From Pseudogymnoascus verrucosus (taxonomy: Eukaryota), in the NCBI GenBank assembly GCA_001662655.1, contig KV460217.1: DNA of 64,000 nucleotides; one strand, written 5' to 3'. The notes under the pieces were generated by a model. The model worked only from the letters and a program-made list of their open reading frames with translations. It made no database searches and was not told where the DNA came from. Each line of letters begins with the position of its first letter. Positions within the stretch are counted from its first letter, which is position 1. Below, piece by piece: positions 61,604 to 64,000 of the stretch. The translations under genes and the position numbers were made by a program.

Positions 61604-62962
61604 TTAACTCCGCGAACCTCTCCCATTTCCACACCAATACCTCACATACTCACCCACATTTGAAGGTCGCCTTACGGGTGCACTCCCAGGTTCACTCATA
61701 GCTGACATCCCCATACGTTTCCTCGTAGGTAGTGCCCCCACAGGCTCACTTACAGGCGGCACCGTCTCAGGCTCACTCACAGGTGGCACCGTCTCAGGCT
61801 CACTAACAGGTGGCACCGTCTCAGGCTCACTCACGGGTGTCACCCTCACAGGCTCAGCCACAGGTAGCACAGCAAGTTCGGTCGTCTTACCCAAATGTGG
61901 CTGTGGTCTGCTCTTCCACCAAAAAAACCACAAACACCACAAACAAAATAACAGTAGAGCCCCCCCTCCAAGCCCCGCCGCTAGACCCACTGTCAGATCA
62001 ACATGTTTGTCTGTGCCAGAGTTGTTGGGTTTAGGTGTGTCGGAAGGGGACAGTCCTCCAATCTGACTCGTAGTAGAAGACACGCCAGTGTTGCTGAATT
62101 CAGGATTGTCGGATGCTAATGTTGTCGATGGTTCATGCTGGGTAACAGTTAAAGACATGTCAGGCATGTTAGATGTCAATGTTGATGATGGTCCTTCAGT
62201 CGTCTGCGCAGGAGTAGAAGACACGATATGGTTGTCTAGTCGAGACAAGTCAACAGATGGAGATGGTGTGATAGAGGGAGCGGGTGCGACAGTAGAAGCT
62301 GGCGTAGTAGAGGAAGCTGGCGTAGTAGACGAGGATGATGCGGGGATATTGTCACTAAGCTTCCAGTTCTTCGAATCATCACCAATAGTGGTTGTATCTA
62401 GCATCACGCCGACGTAGTTGTTATCGACCAGTGCAGAGCTCAGGGAGCTACCTGGCAGTCCGAGGCTGCTTATTTTAAATTGGCCATTACTGCCACCCTT
62501 CCCCGCGTGTCAGCATTTTATATTGTGCCTTTCGGCGGAATAACTCACAAGAAACCAGCGCTGGTTGTTGTATATCTCGCCCGAGGGGCCCATCCACATG
62601 ATGCACATAGATGGTTCAGGGCAGTTGATATCCAGTCGATGGCCAGAACTTCCCCATCCCTTATTATATATGAAATAGTGGCCCTGGGAGTCTGGAACGA
62701 ATTGCCACAGAGAATCGTCTTCAAGCGGATCGCATGATTTGAATCTAACGGGGTACGGACCGGACCCGTCGACGTTGGGAATTGCAAACAAACAGTTGCT
62801 GTCGCCAGCCTCGGGGGTGGTCATTGTATACCATAACTTCGAATCAGGCACTGCTGCCCTTCGCAAGTGACGGTGGAAATGCTGCGGAGCGAAAAATGGC
62901 AAAGTCGGCTGTGTGGCCAGAGTTGGCATCTGGCAACGAGTTGAGGGGTCCATATTAGCCAT
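61604..62962 (-). CDS. Single-pass membrane protein with ricin-B-lectin-like domain, Ser/Thr stalk and repeat-containing tail
   Basis: C..SLWQF, RLD, NQRW and KNWKL are QxW-like beta-trefoil motifs; intron 62490-62548 joins in frame; TM VGLAAGLGGGALLLFCLWCLWFFWW. Start codon uncertain. Confidence 0.7.
61741..61864 (-). repeat. Coding 27-bp tandem repeat (~4.5 copies, PVSEPETVP)
   Basis: CAGGCTCACTNACAGGYGGCACCGTCT repeated on the + strand. Confidence 0.9.
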
Positions 62963-64000
62963 ATTATATAAGAGAATTGCGGCTGACAGGGAGTATATTA
63001 TAAAGTATAGTTTGTAGCGGCCAGAAAATAGGGGCCAGCCTCGTTTGAGAAGGTGTAAAATGTGTAGAAAAAAAGAGTGATGAAAAGAAACCGAAAAAGA
63101 CAAATAACTAAGAAATAGCTAGTAACAAGAAATTACCGAAGACAGGAAATCAAGAGGACTTTATGCCATCGCTGGCGACAAGGAATTATTGAAATGGCGG
63201 AGAAAGCGGACTTCTATATTCAACAAACGCCACCACAGAATAATTCAGCCACATGTAAAAATAACTCTACGACAAGGCTGCTGTCATGTCGCGGCTACAG
63301 TGCGATAGTATTGGCAATATTGGAGTGGGGATGAGACTCAAATAATAGGACTTACCTATTATAGTGCATAGTGAGCTCGTTATTGGTAGTGTTTGGTCAT
63401 TTCTCATTTTATGGTGATGCCGGCGCGTATCCAAAACAGCCTTTTTTAAAGCGAACCAGTAACCCGGATAACAAGGGGCGGGCCACTTTGCGCCATGCGT
63501 CAACAGCGCGAAGAATTAGCGAGTAATATAATAATAGAGTATTCTCTAGTCTAGGAATACAGGCGCGCGCTTTGTGGAGCCATTGAGCAACTCCTCCTCT
63601 TCGACCTACGGGAGCCTTGCGAGAGCCTCCTTCGGCATTGTAGAATCCAAATTCGTGGAGTGCCGTGTCCACAGTGTCCACTGCGCACTTTGCCTGTCGA
63701 GGTAGCCGCCACGATGCAGATGATGTGGCATCTTCGCAGAACGCAAACATTTCAGGACGTCAAAGAGTGAATGATTGCCACGGCTGAGTAAACCACAACA
63801 CACCGCCTCCCCTCCGATCTCCAAGGCTGCGCATCGCATATCCCGCACCAAGCCTGTACAACTGAGCCATTTTATGCATCATTTACGCCTCTCTAGCATA
63901 GAGCTGGTAACTCCCGTTTCTGCCTACTTTGGGTGAGTGATCAATGTATTTGCCGAACTTTTGGTTCGGTATATGGAAGTCTCCATAATACCTCAAAACC

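Noticed and set aside
63883..64000. Open minus-strand frame at the window edge (VLRYYGDFH...YAREA*)
   Set aside because: Only ~38 codons are visible, so it cannot be told apart from chance without the adjacent sequence.

Overview
This is eukaryotic DNA from a filamentous ascomycete, shown by short GT-AG introns with CTAAC/CTGAC branch points and Pezizomycotina-type gene families. A Leotiomycete such as Pseudogymnoascus is only my guess. The window holds about 26 protein-coding loci: two Zn2Cys6 transcription factors, two cytochrome P450s, an amino-acid permease, two PTH11/SAT4-like membrane proteins, a GH78 rhamnosidase with an F5/8 module, a GH11 xylanase, RAD57, carnitine acetyltransferase (facC/YAT1 type), EMC7, a WW protein, MFS and CTL transporters, DUF2306, 2EXR and TPR proteins, and several orphans. 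I found no tRNA, rRNA, CRISPR array, intact transposon or secondary-metabolite backbone gene. The most unusual observations are: (1) a head-to-tail tandem duplication (~24.43-27.91 kb) of an uncharacterised membrane protein that looks like a signal-peptidase-processed polyprotein with two Cys-rich luminal domains, where one copy is intact and one is a pseudogene interrupted by a minisatellite-bearing insertion; (2) a chimeric relic in which the 5' part of mevalonate kinase (ERG12) is joined at a 4-nt overlap to the 3' part of a short-chain dehydrogenase; (3) a dense bHLH E-box array with an 11-bp inverted repeat upstream of an orphan gene; (4) a nested palindromic GGCGCTA array upstream of the 2EXR gene; (5) a recurring C-rich to G-rich switch along coding strands. 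All calls come from reading the sequence; no database searches were run.
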